Part shown: in pieces, positions 40,701 to 54,450 of the stretch | How positions within the stretch are numbered: position 1 is the first letter of the stretch | Layout of the letters: every line of letters begins with the position of its first letter | Assembly: GCA_963575745.1 (NCBI GenBank) | Contig: CAUYUJ010000225.1 | Span: 1 to 64,000, forward strand | Length of the DNA: 64,000 nt | Reading direction: 5' to 3' | Source of the DNA: Prorocentrum cordatum | Lineage: Eukaryota | Made by a program: the position numbers and the translations under genes | Notes under the pieces: generated by a model | The model's database searches: none | What the model saw: the letters and a program-made list of their open reading frames with translations, nothing else | Told to the model about the DNA's origin: nothing

Positions 40701-42500
40701 ACGATGAGCTTCTGCGAGCGGGCATGGAACGCGCGGACGACGATGCCCGGGCGACCTGCCGCGGTTTGCCCAGGTCGCAACGCCGCCGTGATCTCGGGCC
40801 AGTGCGGGCTGCAAGTGACAGCGATGAAGAGGGTCGGGGGCCCTCGGCGCCGCGCGAGCTCGAGGTGCCGCGGGGGGCCCGGGGCGCTGGAAGGGAGGTG
40901 GAAGCGCTCGCCCAGCCCAGCGCTCGTGGCGCCCGCGTCCGCAGCTACCTCGCAGAGGGCGCGCCTCTGCGCCGTCATCTTGTTCTGCTGGGCACGCAGG
41001 TCGGCGAAACGTTCGTCCTCCATGCGGTCGTGCACGTTGATGGGCCAGTCGTTGAGCAAACGGCCGCACGTGCACATGTGGGGGGCGCGTGGGACTTTCT
41101 GGCGATGCCACCGCATGCGCGTTACTTTGCGGCCCGCGGTGTTGAGGGCGTCGATGCTCCAGCCCCGGCCCCCGAACGGATGCCGCAGCGGGTGGCCCAG
41201 TGGCTCGTGCAAAGGGCTCAGTGGGTGCATGTGCGTGGGTTTCTCAACGGTTTTCAAATGAAAACCACGGCTCGGGGGTTCTTCTGCGGGTCGTGGTCGA
41301 CGTCGACAATTCCGGTTACCTCGTCGACGCCTTCGCGCCGCTCGAGGACAATGTCCGCCTCGGGCGCCGCGGAAGATTTCTCGGACAGTCGGCAAATGAG
41401 CGCCATGTACTCGCTGCGGGGAACTATGGGGCGTTCGAGTCGCTGGCGATCATACGCGGCAGCCCATGCTGGGCAGCCACTGTGAATCGTTCTCGAGGGT
41501 CGATGACGAGGTGCCTGAGCGGGGCCTGGTCGGCGGGGGCGAACGCGCGTCTGTTCATGATGCCTTGGATGCGAATGTTCGACGGTTTCCGGGCGTCGCC
41601 AAAACGGAGCTCCTTCTCCGCGGTGCTGGGCTGGACTTCGTGCTGCGCGAGAGCGAAGAAGCTTTTGTACTTGCGGGGCGCCGCAGTGAAGCCTGTCAGC
41701 GCGATGGCGTTCGTCTTCGCATCGTGCTGGACGCAGCCGCCCTTTGTCCTTGAGCGGCCAAGTTGATGCGCAAATGTACCGTAAATGTCATGGAGTGGCT
41801 GGTCAGGAGCCTTGGAGACGGCGTCGAAGTCGACGATCTGCGCGCCTCCGTTTCGACAGAAAGTGTCTGTCTCGCACTGGAGGCGGACCGCCCCGCGGCG
41901 CGGGAACGGGGAGCTCAGCGAGCCCAAGCGGAACGTCTGTGTTGCAGGACGGCCCGCGCGCATGGAGGTGGGGGGGCAGCCCGCGCACGCGGGGTTCTTG
42001 GCGCGGCGGTGGTCGACGGGGAACGCGGTCCAGGGTAGGACTTGCCCACAGGCGCTGCGCGCCGCTTCGTGAGCGGCGCGGGCATCTCCACTGCGTCGAG
42101 GAGCCTGGGCGGCGCGCCCCTGGCAAATTCTGGAGCTCCTATTTCTCTGGCCCGCGGTTAAATCTGATCGAGGTTGGACGGCAAGGCGCGCGGTGCACGC
42201 GGGAACAGCAATGGGCTGGGCCACCTGTGCGCTGCGCTCCTTGCAACGTTTGTCCCTTCTGTTCCGCAGGGTGTCCGCGAACATGTCGCGGCCGCGCTTT
42301 CGGCCGCATGCGAAACAAGAAACTGATTTTGTCGGCCGGGCATGCGGGGAGTCAAACCGTGCTCGGCCGGCAAATGCGGCGGCGGGGAAGCGGAGGCCTC
42401 GGGGAGTGGGCGCGGGCGGGCTAACGGGAATGAAATTGATTTCAATGGGCGCGCCCCCCCCCCCCCCCCTGTCCTTAACGAAACGGGGCCCAAAGAAGCA
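37101..42500 (-). mobile_element. Decayed Helitron (Rep-Pif1 helicase)
   Basis: Rep: PTLFIAVTCSPHWPEI..LRPGQ..RPGIVVRAF, degenerate HUH VIDCQLRDLPRARI, TPAEVDKFLSCELP, EYIYKYLFKGP, EVFYLWHMLL, QLRFAFLVLL. Helicase: NTLVDERNERIL, GAPPHDL, RRRYPLRAACTSTFN, LYVGVSRV. Candidate 3' end is a GC-rich hairpin followed by CTAG|T at 37104-37101. 5' end not located. Confidence 0.9.
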
Positions 42501-43139
42501 GGGGCGCGGGCATGGCCGCGAGAGAGGTCGCGGCCACGGCGCCGCGGCCGTCATGACAGGAACAGCGGCGGCATCGCGGGCGGGTTCGGTGTTCTACGAT
42601 GGGGAGATGTTGTGTTTTGCTTGACACCGCGCTCAATTGGCAAATGTCTGCGGCGGCGGGGAGGCGGAAGGTTTGCACCACACACGCGTAACTTGCACCA
42701 CACACATACATACATAGTCAGATCGAGAACCACGAAAACGGCAACAATGCGTTATCGTTTTCTTTAACCATGTACATACATGTCATCCCGCATGCTTCAA
42801 CTTGAAGGATCATGGTAGTCTGGCCACTTTCGCCTGAGACCCTCGCATCTTTGAGCTGCGAGATGCCCGGAGCAGCTGGTCAGGCCACTACCGCCTGAGA
42901 TACGCATATGTATTCGCGCACATAGTTACACATACCATTTGCATATACATGTACATACCCATACATACGTAACTGTGTATGTACACATGTCGCATGCTTC
43001 CATAGGCGCAGGCGCGTGCGCATGCACGCACGCACGCACGCCGCTAACGCGCGAAACTCTAAGAAGGACCAAGGTGCATGGCGCGCAGCGCCAATGCAGT
43101 CTTGTATATCCGCCGATCCGGCGCGTGAGTTTCTGAGAG

Positions 43140-44275
43140 CGTGGGCTTGAGCTCGCCCGAGCTTCGCTCTGGGGGGGGGTCGGGATCCGGCGAATTATCC
43201 ACGCAATTCAGCGAGCGCTCCAGCGGGGGGGGGGTCCAAGAATCGAGGGGGGGGAGCTCGAGCGAGGGCGGGGGGGGGGGGTCGAGCTCAAAGTGGGGGG
43301 AGGGGCTCCAAGGAGGAAGCTCGAGCAGGGGCGGAGGGGGGGGTTCGAGCTCAGCTGGGGGGGGGGGGGTCAGCGCGGGCGGGGCGGAGGGGGGGGGGGG
43401 GGGGGGGGGGTCCAAGAATCGAGGGGGAGGGGGGGGGAGATGGGGAGGGGAGGGGGTGGCTCGAGCGAGGACGGGGGGGGTGGGGTGGGGGGGGGTCCGA
43501 AACGGAAGGGGGGGTCGAGCTCAAGCGGGAAAAGGGGGGGGATCAGCGCGGGGGGGGTTCCAAGAATCGAGGAGGAGAGGGGGGGGGGGGGGTGGGAGCC
43601 GAGCAGGGCGGTGTGGGGGGGTCGAACGGAAGAGGGGGGGGGGGTTCGAGCTCAAGCGGGGGCGGGGGGGCGGATGGGGGGGCAGCCAGAGGAGGGGGCG
43701 GTCACAGACTCGAGGGGGGGTGGGGGGGGCTGGGCGCGAGCTGAGGACGGGGAGGGGCGGTCGAGCTCAAGCGGAGCGGGGGGGGGTCCAAGACCGCGGG
43801 GGGGGCGGGGGTTGGGTCCAAGAATCAAGGAGGGGGGGGGGCTCGAGAGAAGGACGTGGGGGGGGGGGGGTCGAGCTCCAAGCGGGGTGAGGGGGGTGGG
43901 GGGCAAGGGGGAAGCTCGAGCGGGGGGGTGGGCGGAGGGTGGGGGGGGGTCGAGCTACAAGCGGGGGGAAGGGGGTCTACGCGGAGGGAGGAGTCCAAGA
44001 ATCGAGAGGGGGGAGGGGGCTCGAGCGAGGACGGGGGGGCTCGAACGGAGGGGGGGGGGGGGTCGAGCTCAAGCGGGGGGGGGGGGGGTCAGCGCGGGGG
44101 GGGGGGGGGGGCAAGAATCGAGCGGGGAGGGGGAGCTCGGCGAGACAGGGGGGGGTGGTCGAGCTCAAGCGGGGGGGGGGGGGTCCAAGGAGGAAGCTCG
44201 AGCGGGGGCGGACAAGGGGGTCGAGCTCAAGCGGGGGGGGGTCCAAGAAACCGGGGAGGGCAGCGGGGGGGGGAG
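43140..44275 (+). repeat. Array of short conserved motifs separated by poly-G runs
   Basis: GTCCAAGAATCGAG, GCTCGAGCGAGG, GTCGAGCTCAAGCG and TCAGCGCG recur between long G runs. Confidence 0.9.
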
Positions 44276-45320
44276 GGACGTCGTCGTCATCATCGTCCGT
44301 CGTTGACCCGGTCGTCGGTCGTCGTCGTCGTCGTCGTCCGTTCCCACGCGCGTCGGGAGCGCCCCGGATCGGCGGCACTAGCCGGAGGCCATTACAATAT
44401 TCCGACTTATATATTTTTACACGGCCGGGGAGCCCCCCCCCCCCGGGAGCGCACCCCCCCCTCCCCGAACGAATTTCGGATTTTCCATCCTGCCGGGGCG
44501 CTCTCCCTGGCTCTCCCCAGCGCTGACCGGCGGCCTGGAGTCGCCTTGGACAGCCCCCAGACACGGCTACGCCGCCCGAAGACGGCCCCGGGAAGCTTGA
44601 CATTGACAGCCAAGGAACTTTAACAATTCCTACAAAAAAAGAAGTCCCCACCCGCTCACAAGGCCGCCCAGAGAGCCACCAAGATGCGCCGAAGAAACCC
44701 AAAACTAGAATTTTCTCATGTTTAGGAACGATGTTGGCTTTCTCGCCTCTCGTCCTGCCAAACTCAAAGACACGCGAAAAGGCACCTGAGACCGCTCCAC
44801 GACGGCCTAGCAAGCGGCCGAAAGCGAGCCCCGAGAGGCGTCCAAGATGGCCCATGACAGCCGCATGACGGCCCCAAAAAAAGCGCAGAGGCACCCAAGG
44901 CCTCTCCAACATGGTCCAACCGATCGCGAAATCAGCTTCCCGACGGCCCACAAGGCGTTCAAAACGGCTTTCAGACGTCCCCGCGGGGCCAAGAGGCCTC
45001 CAAGATCGCTCGAAGACGGCCCGCCCGATCCGAGGGGCTCCCCGAGAGGGCTTGCGGGCCCCAATCGAGCCTCCAAGATGGCCCAAGAAAGGCTGATGAC
45101 CTCCCCAGAAGGACCCAACTTGACAGCAAACGAGCATAACAGGGCGCCACGAAGTTCCGAAGCCCCACGCAGCTCCGAGGTTCCGAAGGAGGCCCGCGAG
45201 GTTCCGAAGTCAGCCACATTGGTCCCAACGAGGCTCCTAGGGTGGCCCAGCCTCCCGCGTGGTCTCCGCCTGTTGCGAACAGCCGTTTGTGCCAAGTGAT
45301 GGCGCTCTTTTACTGCAGCG

Positions 45321-45640
45321 ATGCCTCCGAATAAATCAGTTACATTCGTGTGCGCTTTATGTTCTCGATGCTTACCGCGACGTGCATTCTCCAACACCCA
45401 ATTGGACAAACCTCCGACCATTCGGGCTTGCAAGAGTTGCGCCGCCAACGCGCGCGCATCAGCGAACCAGCCAGCTCACGTCCTACTTTGCTCTTGCTGT
45501 GGAAATTTGAAACCGAGAGCGGATTATTTATCATATGCCTTGCGCCGGACCGCTCGAAAGTGCACGACCTGTCGGACGGACTCCGCCGTCGCTCCTATTA
45601 CTTCAGATACATTCGTGTGCGCTTCATGTGCTGAATGCTC
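45321..45640 (+). pseudogene. Truncated ORF with tandem CxxC-x(19-22)-CxxC fingers (Stc1-like), probably the 5' part of a Helitron-type ORF
   Basis: CALCSRCLPRRAFSNTQLDKPPTIRACKSC, CSCCGNLKPRADYLSYALRRTARKCTTC, CASC, then runs into (CCT)n; similar finger spacing at 41965-42330. Confidence 0.55.
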
Positions 45641-46368
45641 CTCCTCCTCCTCCTCCTCCTCCTATCCCTCCTCTTCCTCCTCTGCCTCTCCCCCTCCTCC
45701 TCCTCCTCCTCCTCCTTTTCCTTCTTCTCTTCCCCCTCCCCCTCCTCCTCGTCCTCGTCGTCCTCCTCCTCCTCCTCCTCCTCCTCCTCCTTCTCCTCCT
45801 CCTCCTCCTCCTCCTCCTCCTCCTCCTCCTCCCTCTCCTCCTCCTCTTCCTCCTCCTCCTCCTCCTGCTCCTCCCCCTCCTCCTCCTCCTCCTCCTCATC
45901 CTCCTCCTCCTGCTCCCCCTGCAAGACCTCTTCGTCTTCCTCCTTTCTCTTCTCTTCTCCTTCCTCCTCCTCCTCCTCCTTTTGCTGCTGCTCCTCCTCC
46001 TCCTGCTCCTCCTCGTATTCCTCCTCTTCTTTCCTTCTCCTCTATTTCCTTCTCTTCCACTTGCTCTTCCTGCTACTCTCCCCCTCCACGTCCTCCCCCT
46101 CTTCCTCCTCCTCCCCCCTTCTTCCTCCTCCTCCTCCTCTCCTCCTCCTCCCGCTCTCTCTGCAAGTCCTCCTCGTCTTCCTCTTTTTCCTTCTCTTCTC
46201 CTTCCTTTTCCTCCTCCTCCTGCTCCTCCTCCTCCTCGTCGTTTTCCTGCTGCTCCTCCTCCTCGAACTCCTCTTCCTCCTCCTCCTCCTCCTCCTCCTC
46301 CTCCTCCTCCTCCTCCTCCTCCTCCTCTCTCGCCCCCGCGTCGTCTCCCCCCTCCTCCTCAACCTCCT
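45638..46368. repeat. (CCT)n microsatellite
   Basis: Directly visible. Confidence 0.95.
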
Positions 46369-47479
46369 AGAATAAAGAAGTAGAAGCGAGGTCCGAACCA
46401 CGCCGAAGGCAACTGGGCCCTTGGGAGGACAGCCGGCGGGCTCCCCCGAATGGCCCTTCCTCCCTCCCCCAAGTGCCCCTGCCTCCCTAACCCTGCTCCT
46501 CCTTTTCCTGCTTCCTCCCATCGGGGATCCAAGAGACCCCCCAGATCCCTGTAGGAGTGCCACGGTTCGGAAAGCCCAACGACGTCCAAGAGCGAACGTC
46601 TCGACGAGCCCCCCGCGCAAAGCCCACGCCGACGTTCTGCAAGGCCGCTTTCCCCGAAGTCGCATCAGCACGCGGCCTGGCACACCCCCCGTCTGACGCG
46701 CCACATTCTGGCCAGAATCCTGGGTTCGCAACCATTTGAACACAAATTTGGTTGCGAACCCGGGGTTCGAAGGGTTTTCCTTTGGGAACAGCTCCCCTCA
46801 CAAGAATCGTGGCATCCGGGCGCGAAAGTAAGAGCTCTCCGCTCCAACAGGCTGTTCACAAACCACGCGGCCCGAAGAAGAGCGCCCAAAAGCATCGACG
46901 ACTTCCAACAAGCGCCGAAAGGCCTCCAAAAAACCTCAGGAGTCCTCCGAAGAAAGCACTGAGAGTCACAATGCATCGATTTCCCCATAGCGTTTGAAGG
47001 ATTTGTTCTTTCTCTCTTGCTCGACCGTCCGACGTTGCAAACGGCCGTTGAAGCCCGCCAACCCCTTCCAAAACGACCCCAGAGGCTTGAAAGCGAACTC
47101 CCATAATCCTGAAGACAGCATCACCCAGGCCCAAGAGATGCCCAAGACAGTCCCCAAGAACCGCTTGCCAAGCCTCAGAGACAACCGCGCATGAAGACAA
47201 AACCATCTCACTCTGCCGTCTCAGTGTAACAACCCCCTCCATCCGCAACCTGCCCCACTTCGTGATGCATAACCGCGAGGGCCCCTCAAAGGACTCCCAG
47301 GATAGCACGAATGCCAGCTGATCCAGAGCTTCAAGGAACAAGGTGCATGGCGCGAAGCGCCAATGCAGTCTTGTGTGTATATATATATATACATATGTAT
47401 TCACCAATCAGAGCTTGCCTATGTAGGGGTCCTAGCGGATTCATATGGTTAGGTGAGGTAGGCCGCCGATTTCGGTGGC

Positions 47480-47905
47480 TGGCCCGGGTGCCCGGGGGTG
47501 CCGGGGGGTGCCCGGGGATGCCCGGGTGCCCGGGTGCCCAGGTGCCCGGGGGTGCCCGGATGCTTATCGCCCTATAACCCTATAGCCCTATAGCCCACTA
47601 GCCCGATAGCCCGATAGCCCTATAGCCCTATAGCCCTATAGCCCAATCAGCCTAAAGCCCTATAACCCTTTTAGCCTGTTAGCCCTATAGCCCCACAGCC
47701 CTATAGCCCTACAGCCCTATAGCCCTATAGCCCTATAGCCCTGTAGCCCTATAGCCCATACAGCCCTACTGCCCTACAGCCCCATAACCTGTAGCCCTGT
47801 AGCCCTACAGCCCTATAGCCCTATAGCCGTATAGCCCTATAGCCCGATATAGCCCTACAGCCCTATAGCCTTATAGCCCTATATAAACCTACAGCCCGAT
47901 AGCCC
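47480..47905. repeat. (GGGTGCCCG)n followed by (GCCCTATA)n minisatellites
   Basis: Directly visible 8-10-bp units. Confidence 0.95.
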
Positions 47906-47981
47906 CAAAACAAATATTGTTGGGGCTTTTCTCCGGTGTCATGTTGCTCCACCTGAACTGCTTCAGCTTCTTTGCACAACC

Positions 47982-48026
<45 letters not shown>

Positions 48027-50439
48027 CAAGAGACACATAGTTTGGGGCCCATGCTGGCTAACATGTATACATGTAACAGTTTGTATAGAACTGTATGTAT
48101 ACACGTATAGAGAGAGAGAGGGTTTGCAACCTATCTTAAGGAACGGCCGCCAAGGCTGATCCCCATCAAAACCGTATCGTACAAGCGTGGCGTGCTCCTC
48201 AAGCCTGGGAGCATATGAGAAAGCTATGCCCCTTTCAGATTTCGAGCATGCTTCCACTTGATCACCTCCTCGAAGCCATCCTCGTGCTCGAGAAAGACAA
48301 TCACAAAACCAAGAGAAGGAATATCATGCCGTGCTTATCGTGGTATGCAACATGTGAGGCTCAGCCTGCCCAAAGAGCAATGCTTCAACATATGCTGACA
48401 GCAACATAAAAACGTACAGACGCTGTCGAACCATCTGCGCACTTAGAACGGAGAGCGCAAGCTGGATAACACAAGACATAGTCGTAACATTGTTACACAC
48501 AAGAGAAGCATGTGCGAAGAAAGCGGAATTACAGGGTCGTCCTTCTCGTGCCGGATTTTGCAGCCAGCCTCCTCGATGCTGACCACGTACACACTGTGAC
48601 TGCCTTTGAATTCCCCGTGGGAAACCTTCAAGCTTGCCCAGTCGCCGACGTTCAGATTGAATGCCTCCATCCGAGCCAATCTCATTTGATAGAAGGAGAA
48701 AGAGGAAGGCAGGAAGCATCAAACATGCCAGGGAACGCTGCTCCACACAAGTGCACGCTAGCAGAGCACAGTGGACAGGCGGGGATGAACCTCTCGCAGA
48801 TGGAACACGATGCGACGTGCCAAGCTCGCCAGCGCGCTACAACAGAAGCACCGCGCACCAAGCAGAGAGGCGCACGACAACATTGATACTACCGCCTAGC
48901 AGCCACAACTGATTCGCATCATCCTCAGCCCCTTCTATCCGTCTGAATCACATCAATCTGGGAAACGCTGTTCAAACTGTCTGACATAAACCAATATCAG
49001 AATCGCAAACCGTCCCGTGCAATGAATGATTCTGTAATGTCGGGCACAATCGGACATGGAAATGCAAAAGTGCCGCCCCACTCCCATAGCAATGTCCTCC
49101 GACGGATCTTGGGCTTTCGGTGCTGGACGAGCCTTCGCCTGCATCGCAAGAGATCTGCACGGGGCGGCAAGGTTGGTGGCCATGACCAATGCCATGAGTT
49201 CCATATGCCACAGAAGTTTGTCTGAGTGACAGGAGAACACGCGCAAGCACATTTCGTCCCTGTGAGCGTGACGTCTAGCAAAGTCCTCTTTAGACAGTTG
49301 CTGGTTCAAAATGGTCGAGGCATGAACTCGTGGAAGCAACTTCGAGCTACGGCCTGCTCCCCCACCCGCCTGCTTGCATATATTATTCGCCGTGCAGACG
49401 AAACGCAGCGCACGCGCAAAGGTAAGGGAGGCGAATATACCCCTGCAAATGCTGCAGGCACGTGTCCCAAGACAGCTCGAATACGAAAAACTGGCATCTG
49501 AACAACGAGAGGACCACAAGAAACTCTGATAAGTTCACCAGCGTTCAGGATATTAGTTGGGTGTCTCGCACCCACGCAAATCAAATGTCATCTATCTCTT
49601 TGTGAACACATGTAGATGTATATACATATATATCACGCACGCACATACTGACATGGTGGGCATTCCAGTCCACCACAGTGCCATAGGTACTGATTGTACT
49701 GTCCACAGGTTCTCTGGAGTGCTCAGTATTGAATATCGTGAGCACTCTGTAGCGCAAGACCTCATCTTCTCTGGACTTTCTGGGCACATGTGCGCACACC
49801 CCTGCGCACTTATCCATGCTCGCGCTCACATCCGTGCATGTACGCATGGGCGGGCGCTCGCGATAGAACGTGGCGGACCGGGGGCGGGGTGGCCTCTGGC
49901 GGTTTTGCCTTGGCCTTGGCCTTGTTTTCCGCCTTCTTCTGAGCCTTCGTCATCCTGGAGCTACGATCGATAAGACCCAGAGGCAGGACAACATGACACG
50001 ATTCCATCATATGGACAAGTACACGTATACACATGCAAATAATAAGGATACACATGCTACTGCGAATGCGCACACACACATTTACATATACAGCTGTACG
50101 AATACAGCGAACTCTTTTTCCCAGCCATAATTACCAGGAGTTAACACAACGCCAGAACACAAACGCACGATGCCCGTCCGGGGGCGGCGCAGAACAACCG
50201 ATCCGCTTCCCCTCATGGGGGGATATAATCGCACCCAACAGATATAGGCTCGAGTTCGATGGCGGCAGTGCTGCTCTACAGTGGCTGGCCTGGTAGACGT
50301 CACCACTTTCAGGGGACAAGGGGAGGAGGAGAAGGAGGAGGAGGAGGAGGAGGAGAGCGAGGTGAGGGGGGTGGAGAAGAACACACCAGCACTGATCCGG
50401 GACAACGTCGGGTCCGGCCACGGGGACTGATTCGCGAGT

Positions 50440-50980
50440 GCCCCAGGAGAGCCCAAGACCGCCCCTTATGGCCCAAAGACGGCCCCAGAGGGCCCTAGGA
50501 GGCCTCAGGAGGGCCAGGCGAGCGCCCCAAGACGGCCACGATCGGCCCAAAAAGGCCCAAGATGGGCCCAAGATGGCCACTCGACGGCCCAACGGGCTCC
50601 CCAGATGGGGCACCCAGGAGGAACACGTTCGGTTCCGTTTTGGCATACTCGGCTTCTCGGTCTCCAGAGCGCTCGAAACGGCCGAAGAGGCTCCCGAGAT
50701 CGCTCCAAAATGGCCCAATAGGCGCTCAAGAGGACCCCAAAACGAGCCAGGACGGCCCAAGAGGGGCCCAAAACGGCCCCAAGACGCTCCAAAAGGGCCC
50801 TTCGGAGAGGCTCCGCACGGCCCAAGAGCCCCAAGACAGCCCAACTGGGCCCCCAGACCGCCCCAGAACAGCCCCAAGAGGCCCCCAATATTGCCCTGAG
50901 GGACCAAGGCGGCCCCAGAGGGCCCCAAGACGGCCCAGGATGCTCCCAAGACGGCCTGAAAACAGCCTCAAGAGACCATG
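50440..50980 (+). repeat. CCAAGA-GGC family copy
   Basis: Repeated cccaagacggcc / ccaagaggcc units. Confidence 0.85.
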
Positions 50981-51699
50981 AAGACGGCACACTCGGGACC
51001 CTGCATTAGTACTGCGGAGGTCAGACACAAGCCCATATATGGGCGCTGGCGTCCCCCCCTCCCTGCTGAAATCGATTGTTGTTTTCAATGAAATTGACGA
51101 TGTTGGCCGAGTTTCTCTTTTTGCGGGGCTCCTCACCACGGTGCGCGCATCAATCTCCATCCTTCTCTCGCCAACGGCAAATCCAGAAGGTAATGTACAC
51201 GATTAGCGCCAGCTGTCGACGCGCTGCAAAAGAAGCATCGCGCGACCCATGCACGGCCGCGATGTCGCGCGCGCGGTCCCCCGAACAAGCATTCGATCAC
51301 AAGCAGCAGAACCTACGACTGTGCTCGAGTACTACAGTAGTGGACCACTCCTATTACAGTGCTGCAATGCCACTACTGAAGCAAGTACTAGAGTATGGCC
51401 GTTACTACAACTACAGAACTACTACAGCTTTTTACCACTTCATTACTGTCCAGAATGCTGCAGCAGGAGAGCATCACTATTCTTACAAAGCTACAACACT
51501 ACTGTCACGACGATCAGTATCAGAGCACTGCTACTGAAATTCAAGAATATGCTTACCACATACTACTGCACTATTGATGGTAGAGGGCTGTAGCAGTCGA
51601 GTGCGACTACTGTAATAGTATATCATAAGTGTGAAACACATAGGCGAATATCATACCACTACGCCAGGATTTCATGACTTCAGTAAAGGCAGCACTCGG

Positions 51700-52074
51700 G
51701 TACTACTGCTACTGCTGCTCCTGCTGTTACTGCTAGTCCTACCACAATACAGCTAAGACTGGCAGCAACACTGAAGTAGTACGGCTACTGCTACTGTTAC
51801 TGTCACTGATACTGCTACTACTACGGCTACAACACATACTACTACTACTACTACTACTACGACTACTGCTACTACTACTACTACTACTACTATTATTACT
51901 AATACTGATGTACTACTACTGGTACAACTACTACTACTATTACTACTACTACTACTACTATAACTACTAGTACTATATCTACTAGTACTAATACTAATAC
52001 TGGCACGGTTACCATTGCCACTACCACTACTACGGCTAAGACATCTACTACGGCGGCTACAACTAGTACGACCG

Positions 52075-52106
<32 letters not shown>

Positions 52107-52179
52107 GCTACTACTACTACTACTACTACTACCACCAGTACTACTACTCCTACTACGACTACGCCTACTACGACTACGC

Positions 52180-52222
<43 letters not shown>

Positions 52223-52322
52223 GACGACGACTACGACTACTACCACTACTGCTACTGCTACTGCAACTACTACTACTACTACTGCTACTACTACTACTAC
52301 AACTACAACTCCTACTACTGCG

Positions 52323-52363
<41 letters not shown>

Positions 52364-52479
52364 GACTACTGCTACTAGATTAGTACTACTACGGCTACTA
52401 CTACTACTACTACGACGACGACTACTACTACTGATACTACTACAACTGATACGGATACTGATACTGATACTGGTAGTAT

Positions 52480-52510
<31 letters not shown>

Positions 52511-52865
52511 GCTACTACTACTACTACGACTGCTGCGACTACTACGACTACTGTGGCTACTACTACGACTACTACTACGACTACTACTACTACTACTACT
52601 ACAACTACTAATACTAGTACTACTACTACTACTACTACTACTGCTACGTCTACTAATACTGGTACTGCTACTACTACGACTACTACGACTACTACTACTA
52701 CTACTACTACTGCTACTACTACTACTAATACTACCACTACTACTACTACGACTACTGCTACTAGATGAGTACTAATACGGCTACTACTACTACTACTACG
52801 ACGACGACTACTACTACTGATACTACTACAACTGATACGGATACTGATAATGATACTGGTAGTAT

Positions 52866-52909
<44 letters not shown>

Positions 52910-52971
52910 ATACTACTACTACGACTGCTGCGACTACTACGACTACTGTGGCTACTACTACGACTACTACG

Positions 52972-53007
<36 letters not shown>

Positions 53008-53147
53008 GCTACGTCTACTAATACTGATACTACTACTACTACGACTACTACGACTACTACTACTACTACTACTACTACTACCACTACTACTACCACTGTT
53101 ACTGCTACTAATGCTGCTGCTGCTACTACTACTACTACTCATACTAG

Positions 53148-53207
<60 letters not shown>

Positions 53208-53261
53208 TGCTACTACTGCTACTACTACTACTACTACTACGACTGCTACTACGACTACTAT

Positions 53262-53319
<58 letters not shown>

Positions 53320-53687
53320 ACGACTACGACTACGGCTACGACTACGACTACAACTACTACTACTACTACTACTACTACTCTACTACTACTACTACTACTA
53401 CTACACTACTACGACTGCTGCGACTACTACGACTACTGTGGCTACTACTACGACTACTACTACTACTACTACTACTACGACTACTACTGCTACGTCTACT
53501 AATACTGATACTACTACTACTACGACTACTACGACTACTACGACTACTACTACTACTACTACTACTACCACGACTACTGCTACTAGATTAGTACTACTAC
53601 GGCTACTACTACTACTACTACGGCGACGACTACTACTACTGGTACTACTACAACTGATACGGATACTGATACTGATACTGGTAGTAT

Positions 53688-53735
<48 letters not shown>

Positions 53736-53749
53736 CTACTACTACTACG

Positions 53750-53782
<33 letters not shown>

Positions 53783-54084
53783 GCTGCTACTACTACTACT
53801 ACTACTACTGCTACTACTACTACTATTACGACGACTACTACTACTACTACTGCTACGTCTAACTACTATATTTTTACTAAGTACTACTAAACTGCAAGAC
53901 GATACTATGGGTACGACTACTACTACTATCTACTGCTACTACTACCCACTACTCCTACCACTGTTACTGCTACTAATGCATGCTGCTGCTGCTACACTAA
54001 TACTTACTACTACCCTACTACACTACTACTACTTACTACTACTACTACTACAACTACTACTACGACTTCTACTACGACTACTAT

Positions 54085-54126
<42 letters not shown>

Positions 54127-54408
54127 GACTACGACTTCGACTACGACTACGACTACGGCTACGACTACTACTACTACTACAACTACTACTACTACTACTG
54201 CTACTACTACTACTACTACTACTGCGACTACTACGACTACTGCGACTACTACTGCTACTACTACTACTACTACTACTACGACTGCTGCGACTACTACGAC
54301 TACTGTGGCTACTACTACGACTACTACTACGACTACTACTACTACTACTACTACTACTGCTACGTCTACTAATACTGATACTACTACTACGACGACTACT
54401 ACGACTGT

Positions 54409-54450
<42 letters not shown>

